Positions 1-14,844 are shown, counted from the first letter of the stretch. The stretch: 64,000 bases of DNA from Octopus vulgaris (GCA_951406725.2 OX597831.1:20584001-20648000), one strand, 5' to 3'. A program made the numbers and translations. Notes: generated from the sequence alone by a model not told the origin.

Positions 1-715
1 TGTGTGTGTGCGTATGTGTATGTGTCTGTGTGTGTATGTGTGCGTGTGTATGTCTGTGTGTGGAAGTCTAAAAGAATATGTAGATACATGTGTGTGTATA
101 ATCCTTCTCACTCTCTATATATATGTTACAGTATGCATATTTACTATAAAGATTGCATTCGTTAATACGTAATATGTATGATTGTGTGTATTGTACACAT
201 ATGTATGCCTGTATATCTATGCATGTACATGTATGTTTATATGTATTTGCGCTAAGTGTCTATACATACATACATACATGTATATATACATAATAGCATA
301 AATGTGGGTTTATATGCACTCAGACACAGACACGCACACACACGCAGGAGACAACCACACCAACTCAGACACTCACACACACGTACAAATATATATATAT
401 ATATATGTATAATGTATATATACTCATACATACAAAGCCATACATGTGAAATTCACGCGTGTGTATTACGTCTACAGAACAATCAGGAATTATTTCAATG
501 CCATAATTAATGTTAATTAAAGGTAAATTATTTTCATGTGATAAAAATAATATATCTAATTAAATCAATTAGATTTCTAAACGAAAATACGTATCTAAGT
601 CAGTTTGTGGTTAACACTTCGCTCGAAGATATATACATATATATATACATTTATACGTGCATGTATGTATGTATGTATGTATGTATGTATGTATGTATGT
701 ATGTATGTATGTATG

Positions 716-770
<55 letters not shown>

Positions 771-865
771 ATACAAAGGGAGGGAACTGTGCATTCATAA
801 GTGTGTAACGTAGTATGTATATATATGTGTATAGGCATGCACATGCACAGAACAATCCGTTCGTG

Positions 866-936
<71 letters not shown>

Positions 937-1006
937 ATATATATATATATATTTATACATATATATATATATATACATTATCTATCTATCTCTCTCTCTA
1001 TCTATC

Positions 1007-1045
<39 letters not shown>

Positions 1046-1772
1046 CTCTCTCTCTCTCTCTATGTATGTATGTATCTATCTATATTTATATATCTGTTTG
1101 TCTGTCTGTATGTCTGTCTCTCTGTCTAGTTGTCTGTTTATCTCTCCATTTCTCTCTCTCTCTCTCGCTGTGTCTCTGTCTCTCCCTCTCTTTGTATATA
1201 TATATTTATATGTATATTTATATGCATTTATGAATGAACCAAAGTACGTACATTTAAAGCATTCTTTTTGAAGTGAATAATGTCAAGATAAATGGGTAAT
1301 TAGTTGGATGTCTATTAAATTCATCCGACTGATAAAATGGTGTTTTAAATGAGTTTTTGTAGCAATGCTTTATGTAATATTCTTTTACTTCCCGGTAACG
1401 CATACTTATGTTTCTATGTACGTAATATTTGTGCCACCAAACATATACTTACAGAAACACACACGCATGCACCCCCCGCACACATTGACAAGCTCACACT
1501 GACAAACACACACATATATATATATGCAAGCCTATATACACGCATACACACATTCACCTCTCTCTCTCTTCCTCTCTCTCTCCTTCTCTCTCTCTTTCTC
1601 CTTCTCTCTCTCTCTCTATATATATATCCATCCACTACCTCATGTATACCACCATGCATATATCCATACATATATATGTATACATGTGTATACATGTATA
1701 AAATATATATTCATACTAACTTATGCAGACGTACGTATAAGTATATATATACATACGCGCACACACACACAC

Positions 1773-1815
<43 letters not shown>

Positions 1816-1930
1816 TATATATATGTATATGTATATACATATATTTATAAATATATATATATATGTATATATATAAATATGTATATATATGTATATATAT
1901 ATATATGTATATATTTATATACATATACAT

Positions 1931-1972
<42 letters not shown>

Positions 1973-2059
1973 GTATATATATATGTATGTATATATATAT
2001 ATATATACATATACATACATACATATATATATATATTTATAAATATATATATATATTTA

Positions 2060-3200
2060 TCTTAAAGGTGCAGTTGTTTTTCTTTCAAATTTACATAGGA
2101 AACATAATCATGTTCGACTTTAATCGTCCTCATTAAAATCTTTTCATATTTCCTTATTAGTTTGTTTTGTTTAGCTTGGTTCAATAACTTTGCTTAGATT
2201 GGATCAATAAGTCTCGTAACGTTTCAAGACGTCGTCAGCATCGTCATGTCAATGAAAAAATTGTAGCAGCTTATTGACAGTGTGCTTTGCCAGTGGTACC
2301 ATTTTTAATTGAAATACTGCTATAACTGATAAATTCATCATTCCTGGCTTGAAAGTTGCTTGGCCATTAACTCAACCGGTAACTTTCATGTTTTTCATGT
2401 TTTATTTTTTACATGTGTGTTTGTGATGAAAGTTGATTATATATTTTGCTTTCATAAATCTTTTGTCATGAAATTTCCTGTTTTCTGTGCAATTCTCTTC
2501 AGAAAATTAGCTTATGGACTTGTGCTTCTTTTCGATAAGGACAATGTACAAAATGTAGTTACAAATGGATGTCCTTTGCTTTGTTTCCTATGAATTATAC
2601 AATGAAAATCCTTTATGTCGATTCTTTATAAAAACTGGTCATGGATCAGTTTTTATAAAAAGCCAGTGTAGCCAACGCTTGGAAAGAAAAAAACGTCTGT
2701 ACTTGATTTGGCTATTTTATGTCCATATAGTACCCACGTAGTGTACAGGCATTTCTCTAAAGCATTAGTGTCTTCCTTGAAGTTTGTAAATCAACATTTG
2801 CAGGCTGAAAGTTGTCTTTCTTGATCTTACTAAAAGTTTTTTGTCTACGGTTTCTACCCTAAGATGGCCCTCCTCGATCACTACGAGAACTTTATTCAAC
2901 TACTTTCTGAGTTATAATTCATTATCTGGATTGTGGAGTTAACATCACACAGCAAGAACACATAATTTTTTTTATACTATAATTTTCGACAAGTTGGTGA
3001 CCACCTGGTTGAGAAGGAACGTCTTTAAGTATGATAACACTTTTACATGATCAGCGGAAGTGTAGAGAACATCGTTGCTCTATTCCCGAACTGCAGGAAT
3101 GAAATGCTTGAAAAACACACATATTGAACTCTAATTTGTTTGGTTGTTAGCAATGAATTGGTAGCTGGTCCATTGTGTCTTTTAAAACTCACAAACGGTT
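2060..3200 (-). mobile_element. Decayed hAT (Charlie/ZBED5/FAM200-like) transposase remnant
   Basis: Minus-strand translation gives DFHCIIH (hAT CxxH motif, ~2590-2610) and, across frameshifts, KQL-QARN...VFQLKMV-HWQSTLSISCYNFF, resembling the LQG..AF..KL.LW..L...FF block. Many stops, no TIRs identified. Confidence 0.5.
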
Positions 3201-3214
3201 TGATCTCTCTATCT

Positions 3215-3525
3215 TTTTTTTATGTTTGTTCTTTCTCGAGCCATGCCTGGCTCATAAGGGCCAGTTTCCCGGTTTCCTTGGCGTATAGGTTCCCCACCTG
3301 GACGGGACGCCGGTCCGTCGCAGGTGAGCTGCAAGATGCAGGAGGAAAATGTGAAAGAAAGCTGTGGCGAAAGAGTCAGCAGAAGTTCGCCATTACGTTC
3401 TGCCGGAGCCGCGTGGAGCTTAGGTGTTTCACTCATAAACACACACATCGCCCGGTCTGAGATTCGAACCCTCGATCCCTCGACCGCGAGTCCACTGCTT
3501 TAACCACTATGCCATGTACCTCCAC
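3215..3525 (-). mobile_element. tRNA-derived SINE (OR-like head/core, tail type B)
   Basis: tRNA-like head with A/B boxes, core AAACACCTAAGCTCCACG, tail CTGCGACGGACCGGCGTCCCGTCCAGG. 13-bp TSD GATCTCTCTATCT at 3202-3214 and 3526-3538. Confidence 0.9.
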
Positions 3526-3721
3526 GATCTCTCTATCTCACTACCACTAACTTTAAAAGGTGCATTGGCATTCATAAAGCACAACTCGTTAAACGTTCCT
3601 TATTTAATTTATGACCAATTGTGAAGTTTCGCCTCTTAAAAACTTTGGTGTTCCTGGGTTATGCCCCCCATAGAACCTGGTTACATTCTTCTTGTACATT
3701 AAAAGCCATTAACACTTAATT

Positions 3722-3927
3722 ACTCTTTTACTCTTTACTCTTTTACTTGTTTCAGTCATTTGACTGCGGCCATGCTGCAGCACCGCCTTTATAGTCGAGC
3801 AAATCAACCCCGGGACTTATTCTTTTGTAAGCCCAGTACTTATTCTATCGGTCTCTTTTGCCGAACCGCTAAGTAACGGGGACATAAACATACCAGCATT
3901 GGTTGTCAAGCAATGCTAGGGGGACAA

Positions 3928-3960
<33 letters not shown>

Positions 3961-4129
3961 CATATATACGACGGGCTTCTTTCAGTTTCCGTCTACCAAA
4001 TCCACTCACAAGGCTTTGGTCGGCCCGAGGCTATAGTAGAAGACACTTGCCCAAGGTGCCACGCAGTGGGACTGAACCCGGAACCATGCGGTTGGTAAAC
4101 AAGCTACTTACCACACAGCCACTCCTGCC
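3722..4129 (-). mobile_element. Abundant octopus-type SINE with internal microsatellite and (GTAAAAGA)n tail (OK-like)
   Basis: Head GCAGGAGTGGCTGTGTGGTAAG...GGTTCAGTCCC, internal (TA)n/(TG)n, 3' end GCAGTCAAATGACTGAAACAAGTAAAAGAG. Near-identical copies elsewhere in the window. Confidence 0.9.
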
Positions 4130-5201
4130 ACAAATTAAGTAATTTAACTTCTTTCTGAATGGTTTTATTTGCTTAATTGCTGTGTAACCTGCTCCACCAT
4201 TTGTATTTTATTATCTTGGCGATTTATAAAACGTGATTATAGACCCGTTACTAGTTTCGAAATTTGGGATGCCAAACTAACTTGATTGAATCATTTTAAA
4301 TTTCTATAAGGACGGGTATTGTTAGCACAGGATCATTAAGAAACAGACTCCACACTCGTCACTATCTTCTTAAGATTTGTATCTTTTACACCTTTCATAC
4401 GATTCCTTCAATCAATATAGGATGGTTTAGAATTTACATCAATATTATATTTGAAAACAAAATGCAGCAGGTTTGTTGTCAGCCTTATTCATGCCTGAAA
4501 TTAATTGTTTTTCGTAATTTAAAACTCATTACAAACTTTTTCATTCAGGTTGCGTACTGGGGTCGATCTAATCGACTGCCCCCCCCTCCCCAAACATTTC
4601 AGGCCTTGGGCCTAGAAGAGAAAAGCATTTAAATGTAACTTTGTCACTCCAAACAAACTTTGTTGGAAAGTGTGAAACTTCTGCACATCTTGACAAATAC
4701 TAAGAAAAACTCCACTCTTCAATCGGCTTTTTTTTTCGTTCAGAGGATCAAGTATTCTTCGAATGTGGCTCTTCAATGACAGCAATTCAAATTTTGATGG
4801 ACGTTTGAATTTGAAATTCCTATCTCACAACTCGGTTGCCGCACAACAGATGTTTTACAACTCTGGCAATACGCGTCTTGTACACTTTCTTGCTTTATGG
4901 GGTTCGTCGATGTCCGCGGTCTTCCGGAACGTTACGTGTGGACATTGCAAGCAGTTCCGTCTGCCTCAAACTTATATCAAATTTTAGTTCCGGTGATGTT
5001 AAGTCGTGTAGGTGGATCTGTTTGAAATTCCCTCTTAAACTATCTTTGCACTTCGACAGTATATTCAAACTTGCAGTTGCGCTTTAGGACAAGTTTCCAT
5101 CGTTCAAAGTTTTGTCTGACTCCTTTAATTTTTTCTAAGACAATTGAATAATCAACAGTTAAAGTAACGGTTAAAGTGTCTATACATTTTCAAGTACACC
5201 C

Positions 5202-5308
<107 letters not shown>

Positions 5309-6008
5309 TATATTTGTGTGTATGTATGTGTGTGTGCGCGTGTGTGCGAGCGCGTATGTATTAGTGTTCAATATTAGATAATATAATTCGAGATATACAG
5401 AAACTTGTAAACAATACAGGATTGTCATTGGCTAAAATAGCTTTTATGATATTCCGCTTTGTGTCCATTTGATCATGGATGACATCAACCAAAAAAGAAA
5501 AAAAAAAACAGGTAAATGAAAAAAATCTAATGCTTGGGGAGAAGGTAGGGTGGCGATTATTTCATTAGATTATGGAATCTCTGCTGAAACCATTCCATAT
5601 TTTCCATTACAGTATTGGTTGTTGCCTTGAGAAATCAGCGTTTGTCTCTTGGAATTCTAATAGCTTTATGTTCCATTATTTCTATATTAGAGGTTCTGCT
5701 CTGTTAAATAAGTGAAATGAATGTAGTCATTACATCATTGACAATGATAGCAACAGGAGACTCACCAACAACGGTAACAGCAACAGCAGCAACAACAAAA
5801 GTGTTGACAAGGTTACGACTTTGAACTGATGTCTTTAGATCTATTAGAAACAGCAGTCAAATCACTCACAATCCAACCCGCCATCTTGAAAAATTGAGAA
5901 TTCGTTGTTTTTGTATCCAGAGTTCGCTATGTTTCTTAATATATGATAGAATATTGTCGGAAGGATCAACAAGAATAAGAACAACAACGGCTACAACAAC
6001 AGCAACAG

Positions 6009-6561
6009 TGGATGCGCAATGGCCCGGTCGTAAGAACGCGGTTTCGATTCCCTGACCGAGCATTGTGAGTGTTTATTGAGTAAAAACACCTAAGCTCCAC
6101 GTGGCTCCGGCGGGGGTGGAGGTGGTGAACCCCGCTGTACTCTTTCATCACAACTTTCTCTCACTCTTTCTTCCTACTTCTGCCACAAAGCAGAGGAACC
6201 ATGGTGTAACCCACTATGGTGCGGTAAACTTTCAGACCCTAGTCTAAATTGCAAATCCTCTGTACCCCAGGATGGTTCAGCTCTCCACCCATTAAAAGCC
6301 ACCGTTTACGGAATGAGGATAACAACGTAGCTTTCGCGCCCGTGCAACCGCCAGTCTATCGCGTGTGGTGGGTGGATCTTCAAGTTGCCACACGCATTCT
6401 TAGTAGCTTAGAGTAGGCTCGAATTAGAGATTATCCTTTGTAGCTAATGGCGTGAGCCTTGATTGGAAGAAGAAAGAGAAGAAGAAGAAGAAGAAGAAGA
6501 AGAAGAAGAAGAAGAAGAAGAAGAAGAAGAAGAAGAAGAAGAAGAAGAAGAAGAAGAAGAA
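6009..6561 (+). mobile_element. OR-like SINE with a third tail type ending in (GAA)n
   Basis: Same head/core as other OR-like copies (GCGCAATGGCCC...AAAACACCTAAGCTCCAC...CAACTTTCTCTCACTCTT), then an unrelated ~290-bp tail and a (GAA)n run at 6466-6561. Confidence 0.75.
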
Positions 6562-6619
6562 GGCAACAGCAACAACAGTAAAAATGGCAATAACAATAAT
6601 TATTTTTATTAAATTAGGC

Positions 6620-7120
6620 GGTAGAGAGGAGGAGGTAGTCGATTTCAGCGTCCCTGGTCCTCAGCTGGTTCTCATTTTGTCGACCCCGAAGAATGAAAGG
6701 CCCAAAGCCAGCAATTTCGTGGGAGGTGGCAAATCGATTACATATACTCTCGGTGCTATACTGGTACTTATTTTATCGATCCGAAAGGATGAAAAGCAAA
6801 GTTGACCTCGGCGGAATTTGAACTCAGAACGTGAAGACGGACGAAATGCCGCTTAGAATTTTTCTCGTTGTGCTTAAGGATTTTGCCTGCTCGCCACCTT
6901 AACAATAACAATAATAATCCTTTCTATGAAAGACACAAGGCCTTAGGGAATTAGTCGATTACTTCGACCCCAGCGTTTCACTGGCACTTAATTTATCGAC
7001 CCCGAAAGGATGAAAGCTGATGTTGACCTCGACGGAATTTGAACCTAGGACATGATGAAGACGGACGAAATGCTGTTTAGCATATTGCTCATTATGCTGA
7101 CGATTCTGACACCTCGCCTC
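6620..7120 (-). mobile_element. Stack of decayed SINEs of the AAGGCGGCGAGCTGGCAG family
   Basis: Repeated TCGACCCCGAAAGGATGAAAG...GACCTCGGCGGAATTTGAACTC blocks, matching the family at 35113-35344. Confidence 0.75.
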
Positions 7121-7429
7121 CTTAACAATAACAATAATAATAACGACAAAACAACATCATCAACAATGCAAACATCAACATTATTATCCATAATGACAAC
7201 TGCTACATCATCATCATCTTCTTCATCCTCATCCTCATCCTCATCATACTCATCATCCTCATCATCATAAGCAGCAGCAGAATCACCACCAACATTATCA
7301 TCAACAACAACAACAACACGACGACGACCATCACCACCACCACCACCACCACCACCACCACCACCACCAACAACAACAACAACGATAATGATAGCAACAT
7401 TACTACAGCATAAATCAAAGTTAAAAATT

Positions 7430-8050
7430 TTCCTTTTGAGCCATATCTTTCACCATATTTTCAATATCAAGCCGCCATCTTGCATCACTGGCAGCCATCT
7501 TGCTAATATAACTAGTCTCTATATTCGGTTGTTCAAATTCACAAATTGTCTTATAATGCGGAATAGTCTTCCGATATTGTTTTGTTTGTTTTCAAAGCAG
7601 CCATTAAAGCCCTTTCTTCACCTTTTGTTTGAAATGACTTTGCATTAGTAAAACTTCTTTCTTCAATTTGTAGCCTGCGTGTTGCTTGCTCACGAGTCTC
7701 AAATTCCCTTGCATTAGCAATATTATTCTGCTATATTTTCTCAGCTTTGTAATTTTTCTTCCGGAGTTCTTAAAATTACGGCAAATAACCTTCCCTGTCG
7801 TTAGGACAACGGCTATTCACTGCATGACATTGTAATCCCATTCTCCATTCTGTTTCCTAATTCATTCCGCCATTTATTTTTGCCTTTCTCTCTAGTTCTT
7901 GATTCTCTTACTCTTTCGCTTTTGCTCGGCCACATTTTCTATGACATTCCTCCACTCATATCCTTGCGTATCCATTACGCTTTGTAGCTTTCTAGTGGTT
8001 TACTCGTCTTTCTCTGACCTAAAATATAGCTGAATAAACTTCCTGTTTAC
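7430..8050 (-). mobile_element. Possible Helitron RepHel N-terminal remnant
   Basis: Minus-strand peptides NAREFETREQATRRLQIEERSFTNAKSFQT and RTPEEKLQ resemble the ET.EQ...RL (STPR-like) repeats preceding Helitron Rep domains. No Rep or helicase motif seen. Confidence 0.35.
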
Positions 8051-10595
8051 GGTGATAAAAACTAAGATATATATGATATACTACAATATAATATAATATA
8101 ATATAATATACTATACTATAATATAATATAATATAATATAATATAATATAATATAATATAATATATATATATATACATATGTATATAAGGATATATATAT
8201 GTTGTATATATATATATATATACATACATATATAAGGATATATATATGTTGTATATATATACACATACATATATAAGGATATATATATATATATATTATA
8301 TGTACGTATATACATACATTCATATATATGTATACAAACACATATATATAAATACATACACGTCTTTATATGTGGGTGTGTGTATTCATGTTGGTACCAA
8401 ACAAAAATGGCGTAAATAATACAAACATATAACATACACACATACATTCATACATATACGCATGGTTGTGAGTTTAGACTTAAATAGTTAATCATATTTG
8501 ATTTACAGGTTTTAAACCGAGCAAAGGAAACATTTTCCTAGAAGCTGATGCTATAAGACATGGCATATCATCATGTAGACAGAACTATTCAAAAGATACC
8601 AGGCAATTTTTGTGAAGTATGCCTGCCATTTAAGAGCTGCCGCGGGGCGTAGTTAGCTCAAAACTGCTTTAGGCCGAGGTAAGTAGCCGTGCTGCTAAAT
8701 AGTTTCCTATGAGAATTTGCTTTTCCGTTGCTATAACGAATTTAGTACTTATTTCATAAACATAAACGGTAGCAAAAAGGTTGGATGAAACTCAGAAAGA
8801 TATGATTTTTCGATTGGCTAATTTTGAATCACATTGTTTTCATTCTAGATTTGCTTTGTAAGATCTTTTAAATACTACTGTCATAGGAATATTGTTATAT
8901 AACACGTTCCGATGACCTCTACTCAACTCCCGACTTCTAGACATCTCCCTATATATCTACGTATTGGGCTAGCCTACTTCATCGTCTGGGAGCGTCCACA
9001 CAACAAACATACATAACGGCTTATATGAGGAAATTGTTATTAAAGTAATATTGAAATATTTCCCAAAACCCGGTGTAAAGTTTCATGAATATTCCGTATT
9101 ATTTATGCTCTCAGAAGTCTGTATTGGAATTAGATGCAGAACTTCTCATTGTCTTTAGCTGTTATTTAGGTATGGGTCATAATATGTCGTATAGGTCTAG
9201 TTATTGTACTGTGTTTGTCAGATTCTAGTTTACGTTACGATAATGTTACTTTTTGTTTAATGCAGAATCTGTGGCTTAATATGAAACGTACAACAATTTA
9301 TCCTTCTCTTAATGCTATTTATTCTGTTGGTGTGGCACCATTGTCGTCCGGGGTGAATATTTCGAATGTTACGTTTAAAACGATATGAAAATAACACGAG
9401 TTATCATAGTAAAAATTGATGAAATCTTATAGTTATTTTAATCAAAATTTACAGCATACAGTGTAGAACATTAGAAATTATCTTCAATGTCACAGATAGA
9501 GTTGTAGATATGTGTGTAGTAGAGCTGATCTCTTGCAATATTAGGAATTCACTTTTATAACTCATCACATTAAAAAACGTCTTCAAAATAATACTCATAC
9601 ATACTTGTAGTGACATAATATATACTTATATATATGCGAGTAATTGATTTATAACAGCAATTGCGAATAGTGACTGGCTCCTAACCTGTAAATGACAGAA
9701 AAGTCTGGTTATTCAAAGTTTTATATCGACAAATATTTATAGTGATCTAGGTAAGCGAGTTTAGTCTGCTACTAATTGCATTTCCATTAGTATACAATTT
9801 GCCTATGTTTTTTAGGGTGCTGTGAGCATAAAATATATTAGTAAGTCCCTCAGCATCGTCATTGAAAATTTATTCGATAGAATTTTATTTGAGATGGCTA
9901 TGTAATGCCATCACAATTATATCATATTTCTTATTAAAATCAATCATATTTTACTAAAGTACATTCAAAATATTACTGCAAGGAATAACTCTAGCGTATC
10001 CGTATTATAAATGTAGCACATCATTCCTTTAACTGATATTCTTATGCAAAACGCGATATTCCGTGTATAACATAAGTTACACTATCCATAATGTTATTGT
10101 AACTATACGGTTTCATAATGCAATTTTCTACAACTTCCCTTAGAACAGACACGGAATATGTATTACATATATAGCGCATGTTTTATTACTATGAACACTC
10201 CTATTCCAGTTAGGACGTTAATAATTTGACTTTTCAATATTTTCCTTTGATCTGTTGCAATTAAATAATAGGGAAATTACACTGTATAATACTATATGAA
10301 AAACAATCTGTTTATGTTCCAGAGGTTTTGCATTATGTTTTATGGTTATGTTTCTGTCTTTGAAGCGATATTGAAAAAAGGTTTACCACACTAGATCACT
10401 AATAGCAAAAAGACAGCTGTTTGCACTAAAGAAATGTTTCATCCGTATTATAATAAATTTAAAAAAGTCAATCCTTCAAATTGATGCAGTTGTAGTCATA
10501 TACTGAATATTCAGCGGTAGTAGAAATGTTTTGCTTACACCAAATGTGTTGCCAGAGCCACCCTGAAAGAAAATGATAAATTATCGTGAATACTT

Positions 10596-11144
10596 TGTAG
10601 TGGATGTGTGTGTGTATAAATAAATACATAAATTGTTTCATGATTAAAAAGGGATTTATTTACATGGATTATAAATACACTACATACAAATGTAAGCAAA
10701 TGCTACGCATTGCTTGTATAGAGCACATATTAAAGATGAATATGTTTGTGTATGTGGGTGCGTGCGTGAATCATTCGAAACAGTAGCCTGTAGGCATTTC
10801 TCTGTCGCCTCCAAAACGCGGGGCGAGATAAATCTTGTCTGCTCGTGTGTCAGCTGCGATTCTGTTTCTTTCTCTGTTTTTCCCTTGTATTTATAATATT
10901 TGAAACAGCTAGAAAGATAGACATACTGCAACAGAGTTTCTACTTAAGTAGGTCAGCGCTTGTCCAGTTGAACTTCGCCTGACATGGCTGAGGTCGCAGG
11001 TCAAAGGGAGATGATCAATCACATTTTGACAGAACAAAGGGATCCTTAAATTTCGCGCCTATACATGCATTGGTTTTTGACGACCGATGATTCTTGGATT
11101 CAATTTCGAATCCAAGCTTAGAGAAGGAAGTGCTAACTCTTACA
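10596..11144. mobile_element. Solo LTR (Gypsy-like)
   Basis: 549-bp block absent from the paralogous position in copy 2 (~29160). Termini TGTA...TACA with 4-bp TSD ACTT at 10592-10595 and 11145-11148. Confidence 0.75.
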
Positions 11145-12962
11145 ACTTGCTATTACAGACATATACAGACATATACACATGTGAAATTTATAGTTCTCTA
11201 CTGAATATAGCTGCCATAGCACTATGATCGATTAAAAATCTTGCAAGTAAGACATAATAGATTGTCAGAGACTTAAAAAAAAAAATTGCAGCCATGGCTA
11301 TTCGATACGTTTATGTCATCGCGTTAAGTCTTAAGCCACATTATTTAGTATCCAATTGAGAGAAAACAAAAATGTAACTAAATAACATGTTCTCTCTTTC
11401 ATTGATCGATTGTTCCTTGAAAGGTGTTTTTAGGCAAAATAATTATTTTGTTTTTAGATTGGGTGTGCTTGTCTCCTCCTTGTAAACATAAGGACACAGG
11501 AAATGTGTCAAGGCCGACAGGAAGCGTTGCTGCTTCCTAGGGCTAAATAAATGGGACTGTCACATTAAGTTGACAGTATACAACTACTCTATCGTACCAC
11601 TGCTCCTTATATCTCTCTGAGATATTTAGAAATGTAATATTTCAATGATGTCTTATATCCTTACAATAGAACAATTAATTTAAAACCGTACGCATCTCAC
11701 TCGCTCATTGTTGCAGACAAATAACTTTTAATGAAAACTATTTACCTTACACTTAAACATATAGTCCATTCTGAAATGCATTGAACAACCTGTGGTATAT
11801 TTTATATGTTTCAAGTAACAATTATCAAAATCCATGAAAGTACTGGAAGGTAAAAATATGAATGAAAATTACATATTCAGGTAGTCTTGTATTGCTTATA
11901 TTTTTAAATCAACTATATTCTGGACTCAAACTCGCCTTCCAAATGACTCCCAATTATAAGAAGATTAAACCAAAGTTAATACTCAGTTTTAAAAACAAAA
12001 TTACTTAACAAATTCATAGTTCTACAACTAGATAGAAAATTTAACCTAACTGTCGGAGATCTTTAAACATCGATAGAAAAATTATACAAAGTTGAATACA
12101 AAATTGTCCAAAATAATTGTCTGTTTATTTATATGTAACTGAGTGTTGCCTAGCACAATTTGTATTGTCTTTTGTCTAATTAGTTGACAGAATTATATAT
12201 ATATCAGTAAACCGCTAAAATCTCGGCCAAGAGCATGAGAACATTGGTAACGGAGATATCATTTGTTCAAGGACAAAATGTGCGTCTATATTTCATCGTA
12301 CAAAAAGACATCATAATACATAAATAAAGCATATACTTGCTTTCATCGACTTGGATCCATCTCAATACATCTAACATTTTAATAACGAAAACGCTTTTAT
12401 AAAAACAAATATTTGTCAATATAGTATTGCATACATATGAAATATAACACATATAGCAACAATAAGACTATCCATCCATCAATCCATCCATCCATCTATA
12501 CATCCATCCATCCATCTATACATACATACTTACATACATACATACATACCTGCAAAATAAATCCCATCCGGCATCATGTACAAAGGTAGATGGACAGATA
12601 CTTCTTGCCTCTTTAGTGCATTGCTCTCTAAAATAAGCCCTGACACCTAAAAGATATGAAGTTTCCTTTAAAAATCTCAAATGATTGTTGCGAAATCAAA
12701 TTTTTGTAACAACACCGTCGTTTCTGCCTGTCGATCATTCATATCATACAGAGTATACACATGGTTCATTTTGTAGAAATGTGGGAGCGAGGAATATATT
12801 TCAGTATAATATAACACACACACACAGACACATGAATTGCATATGTTCAAATTACAACTATACGTATGTGTATGTGAATTCACACGCACACACACATATA
12901 TATGCATATATGTATGCATCTATCTATATCTATATATATAAATATGTATGTATGTATGCATG

Positions 12963-12994
<32 letters not shown>

Positions 12995-13165
12995 TATATA
13001 TATATATAATATTATTAGGGAGTATAGCTTCAGACTTATAGGGAAAAATTCAATATAAATATCTAAAATATAAATTAGAGATAAAACCACTATTATGCAA
13101 CTCAAACAGTGATAGGCATGTTATTTATGTATTGGTTTATACTCTCTCTCTCTCTCTGTATATAT

Positions 13166-13229
<64 letters not shown>

Positions 13230-13384
13230 ATTTCGGTATGGGGAAGCAAATTTTGCTGAACCCTAATTATAATTATGCTCATAATTATAGAAGTTTTGTA
13301 TAAATTTACCGATAATGGTTCATTTAACATACCGAACTACTTGGTAAAATTATTCATTATTAATTGATTAATTAATTTTACCTT

Positions 13385-13830
<446 letters not shown>

Positions 13831-14181
13831 AATATATATATATATTTATATATTTATATGTACACACAAATATGTATATATAAACATACATGTGTGTATA
13901 TATATAGTGTACTGTTCCGAGATAGTAAGTTCAACAGCATGCACTACATCTGCAAGAAGTGAGTACTATTTAATGTACGCTCTATATACTCGCATGCGCT
14001 AGTAACTATTTCATGCGATGACCACAACTTACATTGCATTTTGTAACGCGTGTTTTCATCGCATGAAACTATTAAAAGTGCACAAATGTGTATACTGTGT
14101 TTATAATAATACACACACACACACACACACACACACAACATATATGTATATGTGTATATACATATATGGGTGTGTGCGTGC

Positions 14182-14232
<51 letters not shown>

Positions 14233-14258
14233 CATACATACACATACACACACACACG

Positions 14259-14291
<33 letters not shown>

Positions 14292-14434
14292 TAGAAGAAA
14301 TGAGGTACTCAGAAATTCGGATGGTTTTATATTTACAGATATTTATTTGTATGTTACATGTTTTTATATATCATATATCATATATCGTATATCAGCGTTT
14401 TCGTCCATTCTAGGGGAGTCGTCAAATTCTTCTC

Positions 14435-14799
14435 CACGACCACGCTCAGCCGCATATCTCACAACTGACCCTGCAGAAGTTGAACGAATTGGGCTACGAA
14501 ACTCTGCCTCATCCGCCATACTCACCAGAACTCTCACCTACCGACTACCACTTTTTCAAGCTTCTCGACAACTTCATGCGTGAGAAATGCTTCAAACATC
14601 AAGACTATACCAAACACGCCTTCAACGACTTCATCACCAGCAGAACGCAGGATTTTTACGCTACTGGCATAAATAAACATGGCAAAAGTGTGTTGATTCT
14701 GATGGTGTTTATTTCGATTAATAAAGTTTTGTTTGAATCGATATAATATGCATCTGAATATAAAGGTTAAAAACCGCAAGAACTTTCTTGACAACCTAA
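14435..14799 (+). mobile_element. Mariner 3' fragment with right TIR
   Basis: [24 protein letters not shown] (mariner YSPDLAPxD motif). TIR GCAAGAACTTTCTTGACAACCTAA followed by TA. Same family as 48910-50202. Confidence 0.92.
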
Positions 14800-14844
14800 T
14801 AGTATATAAATATATGCATATGTATGAGTCAGTATATATATACA

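Noticed and set aside
256-2136. Many overlapping ORFs rich in YI, CV, HT and LS dipeptides, here and throughout the window
   Set aside because: Translations of stop-free (TA)n, (TG)n, (CA)n, (CT)n and (TATG)n microsatellites.
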